Shown here piece by piece: positions 1 to 12,047 of a stretch of 64,000 bases of DNA. Both the position numbers and the translations under genes were made by a program. Under the pieces are notes generated by a model. The model was not told where the DNA came from. It searched no databases and was given only the letters and a program-made list of their open reading frames with translations. Source of the stretch: Raja brachyura (Eukaryota). The stretch covers positions 163,308,001 to 163,372,000 of the forward strand of contig OY740781.1 in NCBI GenBank assembly GCA_963514005.1, in the 5' to 3' direction. Each line of letters starts with the position of its first letter. Position 1 is the first letter of the stretch.

Positions 1-2040
1 CTATTTTATATTTCCACTCTGCTAACTTTGAATGCGTGCGCGGTTACTCTAAATGATTTCCTCTTTCTGCTGATCGTCGCAATAACAAATTAGACCCAGC
101 TCTCAGTTTCCTGGTTCGAATATAAGAGAGAGGAAAAAAAATCAGCGTTCGTGTGAGTGTTTCGAACAGAAGACTCAGGTTGCCCCACTTCCAATGGGCA
201 GGAGCCTGGACGTCTGCTTCATTCCCAAGGGAAAGCGCATTAGCGCACATTTCTTAACCTAGTACAAAAATCAATGGCACAATTTAATAAAAAAAAACAA
301 GCCAGCCCGACTGAGAGGCAGGCGATTTTCACTGACAATCTGAAATGCAAAAGTATCTGCAATCATTTTTTTTGCACCAAGCGATTATCATTAATCGCAA
401 TGTGTACAGTACTGATGTAAATAAACTGGTGCGCATCGTTGCTCATATTTTGATGCGTGTAACATCATATATCAATGGCGAAATGCTGGCTCCAATCATT
501 CAGATGCAGATGCAGATGGTTTTCTTTTGCAAAGAGTCCTCGATCAGACATTGACCGGTAACCACAGCCATGCAGACAATTAACAAACATGCAAAGCCTT
601 TCGTCAACGACCAGTTGGTCCCATCATCAAATTTCAATCCTAAAATTCCGGTTTCTTGCAGGAGTACCTTGACACAACAACCCTCCCTCTCCCATCCTGG
701 CATTTATTTCCACTGAGATTTATATTTTGCCCTGGCGTGTTGCAATGTTAATCGACGCGATGTGACAAAAGGTCTCACGAAGCCAAGTGACTGAAAAGAT
801 GCCGTAATTGCTTTCTGTAAAAGTTCAGACTAGCTGTGCTTAATGGAAGAAAAATACTTCCATCGCCTCATATTTCCACAATGCAAGCGTTGTAGTCTGT
901 GACACGCGTGCACTAAATATGGAAATGATAGATCTGCTGTGCTATTTGATCCACCTGGCCATGGCTCTGTTCCCCAGCACTGCCAGCATCAATACCAGCA
1001 GTGCAGCAAGGCAGCCAGTGATCTGAATTTGAGATTAGTTCTTCACTTTGAAAAAAACATATTTACAGTTTAAATGTTTACCGAGCAAAGCGAATGTGTT
1101 CCCCGTGACCAGAGGGAACAGATGTTGTTAACTGAGATACAAACAAGCCGATGGTTTCATGACAACGTTTGGTGACATCTATGATACTGACACTATAATC
1201 AATTTTGCCCATTTAAGAGAAGATGGCTCCGAGGTTTGCCATCCTATTGCAGATTATTTTCACTCAGAGGACGTTTTGCACAGTTTTGCAATACAAGTAC
1301 TGCACACAATTTCACTGGCGATTATTTATAATGGTTATTAAGATAGGAAAAAAATGGCTATTTTAAAACATACATTATTCGGATGGTTTTAAGCATTTTG
1401 TGTTATCATTGACCTGTTTGACTTTGTGTCAACAGGAAACATGATAACGTTTTGAGAAAAAAAAGTGTTATCATCACTGGCAATCGGGTTGCATTTGACC
1501 AATGTGTACAAATTCATGCAGCTAATGAATTATGTTAATAATTTAATCTCATAAAAGCAATAGGGGTCAAGGAGAGCCTTCATCATATCAGTAAAGTGAG
1601 ACAAAAATTTGTCTCCAGTAATATTTTCACGCATTGTAACCAGGAAAGGTAGATAGAATGGAATGTCAAAGATATTTGCAAACATTGTTAGCAAAACAAT
1701 GTTAATAAAACATTAAACAGGAAACTAGTTGAATATTAGCAAATGGTCACAATGAGGGACTCGTATCCAGCGGCTGGGGTGGGTATTGGATAAAGTTAAG
1801 AATAAATGCAATCGGGGAAAACAATGCAATGATTATGTCACGAATACCGGCTTAGTTTGGATTTGTTGTTTTCTCAATGTTCGTCCCGTTTTGAATTTCA
1901 TAGTTAAGATGATTGCTCATTTGAAGGGGCAAATTCAATGAAACGTGTTGTTGTCAAGACTTTTGGACTGGGCTCCAGCAACCTTCCAGGTCGGCCAAAA
2001 CACACAGATTAGTACTCAGGCATGACTACTTAAGAAGCAG

Positions 2041-2500
2041 CGGCCTAGAGGAGAGTCCCGACCCGAAACGTCGCCTATCCAATCCCTCCACTTATTCTCC
2101 CTCACCCACTGAGTCACTCCAGCGCTTTGTGCTTTGCTCTGAAGATAGACACAAAATGCTGGTGTAACTCGGCGGGACAGGCAGCAACTCTGGAGTGACA
2201 TTTTCGGGTCGAGACCCTTCTTTGGATTTTAGTTTGCTCTGTGTTTTGTTCTGTCGGTCTAAAACGAAGACAAAGATTATGTTTGGACAAACACGGAACT
2301 GCAGATGCTTGATTTACAAAGAAAAATAGACAAACTGCTGGAGTAACTGGCTGGGCCAGGCAACATCTCTGGAGTACATGGATAAGTAATGTTTCGGGTC
2401 GGGATCCTTTTACATACTGTCCGAAGAAGAGTCCAAGACGGAAACATCTCCTATTCATTTTCTCCAGAGATGCTGCCTGGCCCGTGCAATTACTCCAACA
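2041..2500. mobile_element. Cluster of degraded hammerhead-bearing Penelope-like short repeats in both orientations
   Basis: Diverged matches to the family motif GACCCGAAACGTC...GCTGAGTTACTCCAGC on both strands; 2295-2500 is a head-to-head pair. Confidence 0.65.
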
Positions 2501-3510
2501 ATTAGTATATGGTGTAAGTTCATTTTCCTTCCCTTAGCTAGGGATGTTTCCCCTCTGTTTTGGGTTTCAGTATCTGACCATATATCCATTGAGCCTTCAT
2601 ATTGCTACTCATTTCCAACATTGCTCGGGGCAATCAGTAATGTTGCTTATCCATCCAGCCACGATTTATAGGGTTAATATCATAAACTGTGTCATCTAAG
2701 GTCATAACTGCGAATGATCTTATTTAGGGTTGGAAACTGTCATTCGGTTGATCAAATAGACAGAACAAAGTGGAAATTGAAACGAGACGATCTCCCGAGT
2801 TCAAGTACACCACATACTACGTATTGGCATATTTTGTTTCCAAAGTCCAGCGTAAGACTTGGGAAAACGATATGATGATCCCAGTGCGCGCCTCTGTAGG
2901 ACTGCGCCCGCAAGATTAAGTATTTCGCTTTGAACAGAAGGGCTTTTTTTTTTCAATTTCGGAAATGCGATCCCGGACGAATGCAAGCGCTTTGCTCGCA
3001 GTGACAGTTACAATATCTGTAGACGTGCTCAGGAAGTGACAGTGGTTGAGTGAAATGCTGAAATATCATCAAAGCTGATGCTGCCGCCTCTGCCTTGAAA
3101 CACCAACATGTCGAAAGATCTGTTCTTTGAGCAACACAGAGCTTATCTTTCGGTCACATAGGTTGCAAATTTGATTAATTTTGTTAAACTGTAATCGTTG
3201 CCAGCGGCAGGACTTTAATCCGGAAATTCTACGATTACAAAGTTCGCACCCTGAGTTGTAAGTCAGGGCCCGGCGCAGTTACGGCGCTGCAGCGGCTGCA
3301 GGTAATGATGGAGCCTTAGAAATGCAGAAAATATTCAACAATTCACGGGGAACAGTAGGAATAAACAGCATTATAATACCGGGCTTGTGAACATCCTGCT
3401 CGCATTAAAACACGCTTAAAGTCAATGACCATGTGCAAGTATGGTTCGTTGCGATGGACATAGGCATCGCTATTGCTCACGATTCTCTAGTAGATTGTAT
3501 GTTTCATGTT

Positions 3511-4096
3511 GTGTAGGAAGGAACTGCAGATGCTGGATGAAACCGAAGATAGACTCAAAATGCTGGAGTAACTCAGCGGGAGAGGCAGCATCTCTGGAGA
3601 GATGGAATAGGTGACCAGGGAAGCAGGGTCTCGACCCGAAACGCCACGTTGTAAAATTGTAAAAATTGTAAAAGTCCTGGACAAGCTAGATGCAGGAAAA
3701 ATGTTAGCAATGTTGGGCGAGTCCAGAACCAGGGGGCCACAGACTTAGAATAAAGGGGAGGCCATTTAAGACTTTTTCACCCAGGGAGTTGTGAATTTGT
3801 GGAATTCCCTGCCACAGAGGGTAGTGGAGGCCAAATCACTGGATGGATTTAAGAGAGAGTTAGATAGAGCTCTAGGGGCTAGTGGAATTAAGGAATATGG
3901 GGAGAAGGCAAGCACGGGTTATTGATTAGGGACGATCAGCCATGATCACAAAGAATGGCGGTGCTGGCTCGAAGGGCCGAATGGCCTCATCCTGCACCTA
4001 TTTTCTATGTTTCTATGGATCTATGCCACCTATTCCCTCTCTCTAGAGATGCTGCCTGACCCGCTGAGTTACTCCAGCATTTTGCATCTATCTTCT
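3511..4096. mobile_element. Palindromic Penelope-like repeat interrupted by a CR1 3' fragment
   Basis: The repeat halves lie at 3511-3647 and 4025-4096. The flanking direct repeat TGTATGTTTCA is at 3496-3506 and 4096-4106. Confidence 0.7.
3652..4016 (+). mobile_element. CR1-clade LINE, 5'-truncated 3' end
   Basis: Close paralogue of 5440-5816 (end of ORF2, 3' UTR GGCTCGAAGGGCCGAATGGCCT, TTCTATGT tail). GCCAC occurs near both junctions (3643-3647, 4025-4029). Confidence 0.9.
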
Positions 4097-4512
4097 GTAT
4101 GTTTCAAGTGTATTACTTCAGTTGGTTGTCGAAAATGAGATGCCAAAACACAATCAATATTCTATTGAGCACGAAAAACAATGTTTCCAAACCGTTCGGA
4201 CTAGGACAAAAGGAGAAAATAAATGCTTGTATTTAGGAATGATTTGATGGCGCTAAGGCTCCTTGTTTAGGTTTAGACACAAAATGCTGGAGTAACTCAG
4301 CGGGACAGACAGCCTCTCTGGAGAGAAGGAATGGGTGACGTTTCGGGTCGAAACCCTTCTTAGGTAGGGCGGATAGATAAATACAGATCGCAGAATATAG
4401 TTCTCAGCACTGTAGTTTAACAGTTACAGAGACAGTCCGCAAAAGTCCAAAGTCCGAAATGGGGTGACGATCTTACGGAAGGGTCGTTCAGAAGCCGGAT
4501 AACATTGGACTG

Positions 4513-5816
4513 GTGAAAGTCGGTGAAATCATTGGACAAAGTCAGCATGGATTTATGAAAGGTAAATCATGTCTGACGAATCTTATAGAATTTTTCGAGG
4601 ATGTAACTAGTAGAGTGGATAAGGGAGAACCAGTGGATGTGTTATATCTGGACTTTCAGAAGGCTTTCGACAAGAGATTAGTATGCAAAGTTGAAGCACA
4701 CGGTATTGGGGGTTCAGTATTGATGTGGATAGAGAAATGGTTTGGAGACAGGAAGCAAAGAATAGGAGTAAACGGGTCCTTTTTAGAATGGCAGGCAGTG
4801 ACTAGTGGGGTACCGCAAGGCTCGGTGCTGGGACCCCAGCTATTTACAATATATATTAATGATTTAGACGAGGGAATTGAATGCAACATCTCCAAGTTTG
4901 CGGATGACACGAAGCTGGGGGGCAGTTTTAGCTGTGAGGAGGATGCTAGGAGGCTGCAAGGTGACTTGGATAGGTTGGGTGAGTGGGCAAATGCATGGCA
5001 GATGCAGTACAATGTGGATAAATGTGAGGTTCTCCACTTTGGTGGCAAAAACAGGAAAGTAGACTATTATTTGAATGGTGGCCGATTAGGAAATGGGGAG
5101 ATGCAACGAGACCTGGGTGTCATGGTACACCAGTCATTGAAAGCAGGCAGTGAAGAAAGCGAATGGTATGTAAGCATAGCAAAAGGATTTGAGTATAGGA
5201 GCAGGGAGGTTCTACTGCAGTTGTATTGGGTCTTGGTGAGAACACACCTGGAGTATTGCGTACAGTTTTGGTCTCCTAATCTGACAGACATTCTTGCCAT
5301 AGAAGGAGTACAGAGAAGGTTCACCAGACTGATTCCTGGGATGCCAGGACTTTCATATGAAGAAAGACTGGATAGACTCGGCATGTACTCGCTTGAATTT
5401 AGAAGATTGAGGGTGGATCTTATAGAAACTTACAAAATTCTTAAGGGGTTGGACAGGCTAGATGCAGGAAGATTGTTCCCGGTGTTGGGGCAGTCCAGAA
5501 CGAGGGGTCACAGTTTAAGGATAAGGGGGAAGTCTTGTAGGACCGAGATGAGAAAAACATTTTTCACACAGAGAGTGGTGAGTCTCTGGAATTCTCTGTC
5601 ACAGAAGGTAGTTGAGGCCAGTTCATTGGCTATATTTAAGAAGGAGTTAGATGTGGCCCTTGGGGCTAAGGGGATCAGGGGGTATGGAGAGAAGGCAGGT
5701 ACAGGGTACTGAGTTGGATGATCAGCCATGATCATATTGAATGGCGGTGCAGGCTCGAAGGGCCGAATGGCCTACTCCTGCACCTATTTTCTATGTTTCT
5801 ATGTTTCTATGTTTCT
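4513..5816 (+). mobile_element. CR1-clade LINE, 5'-truncated (RT domain plus 3' UTR)
   Basis: ORF 4513-5712 has QHGFMKGKSCLTNL, YLDFQKAFDK, GVPQGSVLGP and KFADDTK RT motifs and the CR1 C-terminus. It ends in a (TTCTATGT)n tail. No endonuclease domain is present. Confidence 0.95.
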
Positions 5817-6905
5817 AACAGCCTGATAAATGTATTGAATTGCGTTCAACCAGAAAAAGATGTCTGATTGTGGCAACATTGTCCACGTATTTTTAAGGGG
5901 GTTTTCCCGCTGGTTGGGGTTATCTTATTTTGAAAAGGATCAATAGACAAGAGACAATCAATGATGTATAGCAAAAAAAAAAAAATCCTCTTTACAGATT
6001 GAAGGCTGAAATAAAATCTGTCGCCTTTAAAAATCAACCCCATTCTAATGGGCCACCGTCAGTTAAACGTATAAGGGACAAAGGAACAGGGGACTGCGCA
6101 AACTGTACGATAAGTTGACAACTGTATAGATGCGTGCGAAGAAAACCGAGAACCGAAAACATGAATACTAATTATTGTTTGTGGAAATATATATATTTTA
6201 AGAGAACCACGCATCGCTTTACTCGGATAACTTTAAAAACACGCTTGCTTGGACAACTAGGCACGCGAAATTTCTGGGTTCTCGCCCGACCGAGAAATAA
6301 TATTTTTCTTAAAGCACAACATTCAATTCAATAGAAAGGAGTGGGGGAGGGAGTCTCGGTGGTTTGATCGAAGCATGCGGTAGTATCGCCGTTGCCAAAT
6401 ATTCTCCCGCTTCAGAAATTCAGTTCCAATTATCCTAACTGGCAGAGCACGATTTTTTTAGGCCCATTTATTATTTTATTTTTGGACACCGGCTGAATTG
6501 AATCTGTTGATGGCGGGACTTTCACCGTGTCAAGCTACGGGGTTGCGGGAGAAATTCAAACGATTTGAAAACAATACATGGAATTGGCAGCCATTTAAAC
6601 CAATGTCCACCGACGAAGGCTGGAACTTTACAACGTTTCGGCAAAGTTTATCCACATTTTCAGAAAGATACATATTTAGAGTCAAGGCATACACCCATAG
6701 ATAGGATGCATCTTTCAGTATTCAGAGATATGATTTAAACGTGCACTCGCGTGACTGCGGCACAGACCACAGATTCCTCCCGCTGTCAGTGAGGTTGCGA
6801 ATTAAAATTCTGTTTGGAATGATCGGATCCTGTCTGGAATCTCGGTGCTCAAGACAGAGCTCAATACAATTTACAAAAGTCAAAAGAGAACACTCGAAAC
6901 ATCAC

Positions 6906-7151
6906 CTACCCATCTCCCGAGATGCTGCCTGACCCTATGAGATACTCCAACACGCTGTGTTGGGTCAGGCAGCATCTCTGGAGAGAAGGAATGAGCCACC
7001 TTTCGGGTCGAGACACTTCTTCAGACAGACTGTCTCGACCTGAAACATCACCCATTCCTTCTCTCCAGAGATACTGCCTATCCCGCTGAGTTACTCCAGC
7101 TTTTTGTGTCAATTAAGGTTTAAACCAGCATCTGCAGTTCCTTCTTACACA
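6906..7151. mobile_element. Rearranged palindromic Penelope-like repeat
   Basis: Three segments (+,-,+) of the hammerhead-bearing unit, ending in TTTAAACCAGCATCTGCAGTTCCTTCTTACAC. Confidence 0.7.
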
Positions 7152-7739
7152 TAATGCAGTTCCTTATATCTATTGGTTCTCTTATTTAAAGTTTTGAAGC
7201 CGTGTCCGCTAATTTTCCATGGCCAACCTTTCCCAATTTGCAAAATTGATTTAGCCAATCACTAATTTTTGATCCCACCTCAAATCTAACTGGCGCGTGT
7301 TACACCCGTTTTAAGGAATCTCGCCGGCCTTTAATCCAGGTTTAATTCGAACCGCAGATTCCAATTGTAAACTGCACGTTTTGTGCAGATACGCGATGTT
7401 TCAATTTGACGCAAAAGTCAACCTTGCAAAGTAAACACAACGAACTGCAAATCGATTTAATGAAAATACTTAGCTGATACGATTAAATGTAATTTGATTT
7501 GTAGTGGAGTGCTTTGTAAGCATGATATTTGTTTGCATTCCAGTGACATGTTCCTTCAGATTCAAGCCAAAAACTCATGGATGTACACGAAAGAATCCAA
7601 CTAATAACGGCGGTGATGGTTTTTAAATGTTGCCATTCCTGAATTCAAAAGAGTCCACGAGGTAATGGGATTTCTGTCCTTCCGTCATTCGATATCCAAC
7701 CCGGTGTTGTTGTTCATGAGCTGGTTTATTATTTAGGAC

Positions 7740-7836
7740 TACACAAAAAGGTGGAGAAACTCAGCGGGTGCAGCAACATCTAAGGAGCGAAGGAAATAGG
7801 CGACGTTTCGGGTCGAGACCCTTCTTCAGACTTCAG
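7740..7836 (-). mobile_element. Penelope-like short repeat (subfamily B) with intact hammerhead core
   Basis: The reverse complement of CTGAAGAAGGGTCTCGACCCGAAACGTC is at 7802-7829. A 9-bp TSD, ATTTAGGAC, is at 7731-7739 and 7837-7845. Confidence 0.8.
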
Positions 7837-8160
7837 ATTTAGGACATTCTTTACAAATAAAAGCTGATTGCGATATTGGTAGCGCGAGTGCTATTTGAAT
7901 AACTGAAGCTGCCCTTTAAGACAAATGATCCTCGGTGAATTTATCTTTGAAACTACCACCCCTCCTCTACTCCCCGCCAAAACGTGTTGACGGCGCGACG
8001 CCTCGAAAACATCTATAACAATTGTTGAGTGCAGTTGTTGGGTAGTTTCGGAATAGTGAACAAATTAGATCATTATAAGTTTAATCACAACAAGTAATAC
8101 ATTCTTATATTCTAATATACACCAACCATCTGGACTTTAAAATCACAGGCCGGGTTAAAG

Positions 8161-8193
8161 CTGTCAGTGCCATAAGAGTTCGATGATCAATCA
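8161..8193 (-). promoter_or_regulatory. Candidate PBX-HOX plus MEIS composite site
   Basis: On the minus strand TGATTGAT (8186-8193) is followed 19 bp later by TGACAG (8161-8166), in repeat-free DNA. Motif match only. Confidence 0.35.
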
Positions 8194-8887
8194 TTTTATT
8201 TCCTCTGCGGTCATTATGGTTTAATATGGTAATTCCCGACCAGCTAATATCAGATAACCTTCAACAACCGTGCCATTTAACAAGCAATATATATAGAAAT
8301 ACGCCATTCATTGAGAGACTCGCTGTAATTTATCACCCCTGCATTAACCGTGCTAATTGCTTATGGAGTGTTACTTGTATGGTAATCCTATATATCTTGA
8401 ATCTGGCACAGGATCTTTGATGCAAGCCAGCTGTTTTGGTAAGCGGGGTTCTTATGGACAAACTTAAATATATCTAATTATACGTTAGGAAAAGGTAAGC
8501 CTGAGATATCAATAGGCTCGCGGATATGTTTGATTTTTGTGTAACGTTTAAACCAAAGATTATAGAGTTTAAACCGCCGTTCCATCTAAAGCATTTCTAC
8601 CAGTCCAGGTTGTAAATTACACCATGACATTTATCAACTGCACTGATGTCAGTGTAGGAAGGAATAGTAAGATTGAACGAGAACTTACCAGTTCGAAGGT
8701 TGATCTTTATTTCATGAGGAGTTGCGGTGAGGGATTTCGTGAAGAACCCGCCGGTACGCATGCTCGACATTCTTCAAAGTAGCGGTGTGGAATCACAGAA
8801 ACAACAACAGAAATGACTTGGCATAGTAAGATTGAAGAGACTCTAATTACCAGTTGAGTATGATCGAGGGTTGGGAGCGGAGGGCAT

Positions 8888-8997
8888 GAAATCCCTCACC
8901 GCAACTCCTCATGAAATAAAGATCAACCTTCGAACTGGTAAGTTCTCGTTCAATCTTACTATTTCATTTCGGAGTCACGTGAGTGACTTCGTGAAGA
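8888..8997. repeat. DIRS internal complementary region (ICR)
   Basis: 8888-8963 is the exact reverse complement of 8663-8738 (76 bp). 8961-8997 is the exact reverse complement of 13957-13993 (37 bp). Confidence 0.93.
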
Positions 8998-9140
8998 CTT
9001 CAAAGCTTCTGTGATTACACGCCCTGGACCACGTCCATGCTGACACACCACTAGCAAGGATAGATGGGAGTAAACAAGTTGCTGAAACCAGGTTATACTG
9101 AAAAACAAAAGAATATTTATTAACAACAAAGCAAAACCCC

Positions 9141-10220
9141 TTATTCGAGGACATCCCCACGTTCTTGCCCTGCGCTCAGCACGGCCTCCGCGAACTGTAG
9201 GGGAGCAGCAACAGGCTTATTGTAGAATCACTGGAACACAGCTTCATTCGCCCATCCTGCTGTGGCGAGAATATGGTCCATGGGCACCTCCATGACCCTC
9301 GCCGCCGACGTCGATGCAGCCCTGGTGGAATGAGACTTGAACACATTAGTGTCAATACCTGACTTACCCAAGACGACCCAGAGCCACCTGGATATCATCT
9401 GGACTGTCACTCGATGGTGAGGTCTCTTGTGAGTGACAAGCAGGTATTTCTCCATTCCTCGGATGCGTTCCGTCACCTTGACATAGTGGCGGATATGGGC
9501 GGCTAAACATAGCCTAGCATTGGCGGGGTATGCCGGGAACTTCAGCTGCAGCCCTGTGCACCCAGGTCTATGCTGCTTTAGTAGCTCATCAATAAAGAAG
9601 ACTACTTCTCCAGGGGTAGAGATCATTTTGTCGACGCGGAGTTTATGTAGCGTCTGTACCCTCTGTGCTGAAGTCAGTGCTAGTAACATCACCAATTTCA
9701 TGGTGAGTTTGTCCAGCTGTAGCCCTTGCATGGGCGACCACGACCTGAGCAGGGTTAGTACATCCCTGACATCCCAGGTGATGTTATAGCGTGGTGTAGG
9801 CGGATTCATATTAAATAAACCCCGCATGAGTCTGGACACTAGCCTGTCGGATCCTACCTCAATCTTGAGGTAGAATGACAACGCACTTCTGTCGCTGTTG
9901 ATGGCACTGTAGCTTAAGTGTTCATCATGGTGCAACCCCGCGAGGAATTCCAGGACGTCAGCTATGGATGCATCGTCATAGGTGATGCGAGAGCGGCTAC
10001 AGTAGGCTTCCCATTTCCTGATGTGGGAAAGGTATCTTCGCCTGGTCGACTCTCGGCATGGCGCTCCAATGGTATCCATGGTTCCAGTTGAGAGGCCATA
10101 CTGCAGCAATGGCCTGGTTAGAACCTGCAAGCCAATAAATTTAAGTAGCGATGGCAGGGATGTGGCTCCCCTGACACAGGGTGAGTAACCAATTGTGGGC
10201 AACCCTCCAAGAGGACCCAA
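9141..10220 (-). pseudogene. DIRS tyrosine recombinase with premature stop
   Basis: Motifs LLALTSAQRVQTL, HSTRAASTS and AGW are present. An in-frame TGA at 9228-9230 precedes FYNKP (the expected catalytic Tyr), and the frame continues to TAA at 9141-9143. Confidence 0.92.
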
Positions 10221-12045
10221 GGCTGACTGATCATGTCAAAGACCACCGGATACCATGGCTGCGTGGGCCAGTCGGGTATAATAAGAATGCCTTTGGCAGC
10301 ATCCATCTGGATCTTGCGCAATACCCGACTGATGAGGCAAAACGGGGGGAATGCATAGAAAAACCACTTCCCCCAGTCGAGCGAGAATGCATCCATCGCC
10401 ATTGCCCAGGATCTGGTTCCCATGAAACGTATGTTGGTACCTGATGGTTCAACCATGACGCAAAGGGGTCAATAGCTGGTTGACCAAATTTGGCTGTAAT
10501 TTTGGAAAAAAATTGAGGATGCAACATCCATTCGATGTTGTCATTAAACTTGCGTGACCTGGTGTCCGCCACAGTATTGAGCTCACCTGGTAAATAGGTA
10601 GCTGAAATCCAAAGATTTCTGTCAATGCACCAGAGCCAAATTGTATTAGCCAATTCATCACATGAAATCGACCTGGTACCTCCCATATGGTTTAAATATG
10701 CCACCGCAGTGGTATTGTCTATTTGGACATGGACATGAGCATCAACAAGATGGGAACAATAAGCTCAAAGTCCGTGAAACGCTGCAAGCAGCTCCAAATA
10801 GTTTATCCCGTGTGACAACAACATGGTAGACTCAAGGGTGTCCCATCTGCCCCCACAACTAGAACAGTTATCCGTAGCTCCCCAGCCATAGGAGCTTGCA
10901 TCGGTTTGCAAGTACACCATCGGATTGGGCACAATAATGGGTTTGAATGAGCTACTGATATGGAGCACCCACCATTGTAACTCAATTTGAGCTTTAGAAG
11001 GCAGCCGCATTGGTCTATCAAAATGACCAGCGTTCCGCTTTAACGCGGAGATCTTGGCTCTTTGCAAATTTTGATAATGCAAAGGCCCGTATTGGGCTGC
11101 TGGAAACAATGCTACGATTTTACCAATCACCTTAGCTGTTTGTCGAATTGATGGTGTACTGGCGCAGGCCAAATCCTGACATGCTTGGGTGACATCCCCA
11201 ACCTTATTAGTCGGTATGGTGGCCCTCATGCAATTGGAATCCACCGTGAACCCCAGATAATCCATGACCTGGGAAGTGCAGAACTTGGACTTGTCTGGAT
11301 GGACAATAAACCCCAGCCGCTGAAAAATCGCGACAGTGGCTGAAACTCCCCATTCAGCTGCCTCCAGGGTTTTGCCAATAATCAGGATATCATCCAAATA
11401 GGCCATTACGATATGCTGCTGCATTCGTAACTGGGCCATAATAGGTTTTAACAATTTAGTAAATAGTCTAGGGGCTGTAGTAAGCCCATTTGGCAAAGCC
11501 CTGTATTGCCAGAGCTGACCCATCCAAACAAATTTTAAGAACTTCCGGTGATGTTTCCGAATGGATACAGAATAGTACGCATCTTTTAAATCAATGCATG
11601 CCATAAAGCAGCCATGCGAAATCAAAGATTTGGCTGTCTCAAAAGTGTCCATTTTAAAATGGGTGTATGTTAAAAAAGTATTCAGATGGGTCAGATCAAT
11701 AATCAGTCGACAACCTCCATCCTTTTTCGGTCTGGTGAAGATATTGGAGACAAATTCAATTGGCTCGTGCATAGTTTTTTCTATCACGCCTTTTTGTTCT
11801 AACCACAAAATCTCAGCAGAGCCTGCTGCCTATTCAACAGCAGACAGCGTAAACTTCCGATTAGGCATATGCTGGGATGGAGGAATGTCCCCGTTAATAA
11901 ACTCAATAGCATGACCCCGAATACTCTGTAAAATAAACTCATTGGAAGTAATAGTCCCCCATGCCCCAGAAAAGAAACAGAGGCGCCCACCAACATGTGA
12001 CGTTAAAGGAACAGAGAAATGAAAACCAGACCGCCACACCTCCAT
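10118..12045 (-). pseudogene. DIRS reverse transcriptase / RNase H / methyltransferase-like ORF, disrupted
   Basis: RT motifs IDLKDAYY, LPNGLTTAPRLFTK and YLDD; RNase H motifs TDASSYGWG, INYLELLA, DNTTAV and NTVAD; MT-like motifs IDPFAS and YAFPPF. In-frame stops at 11830-11832 and 10765-10767, and a frameshift near 10405. Confidence 0.93.
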
Positions 12046-12047
12046 GG

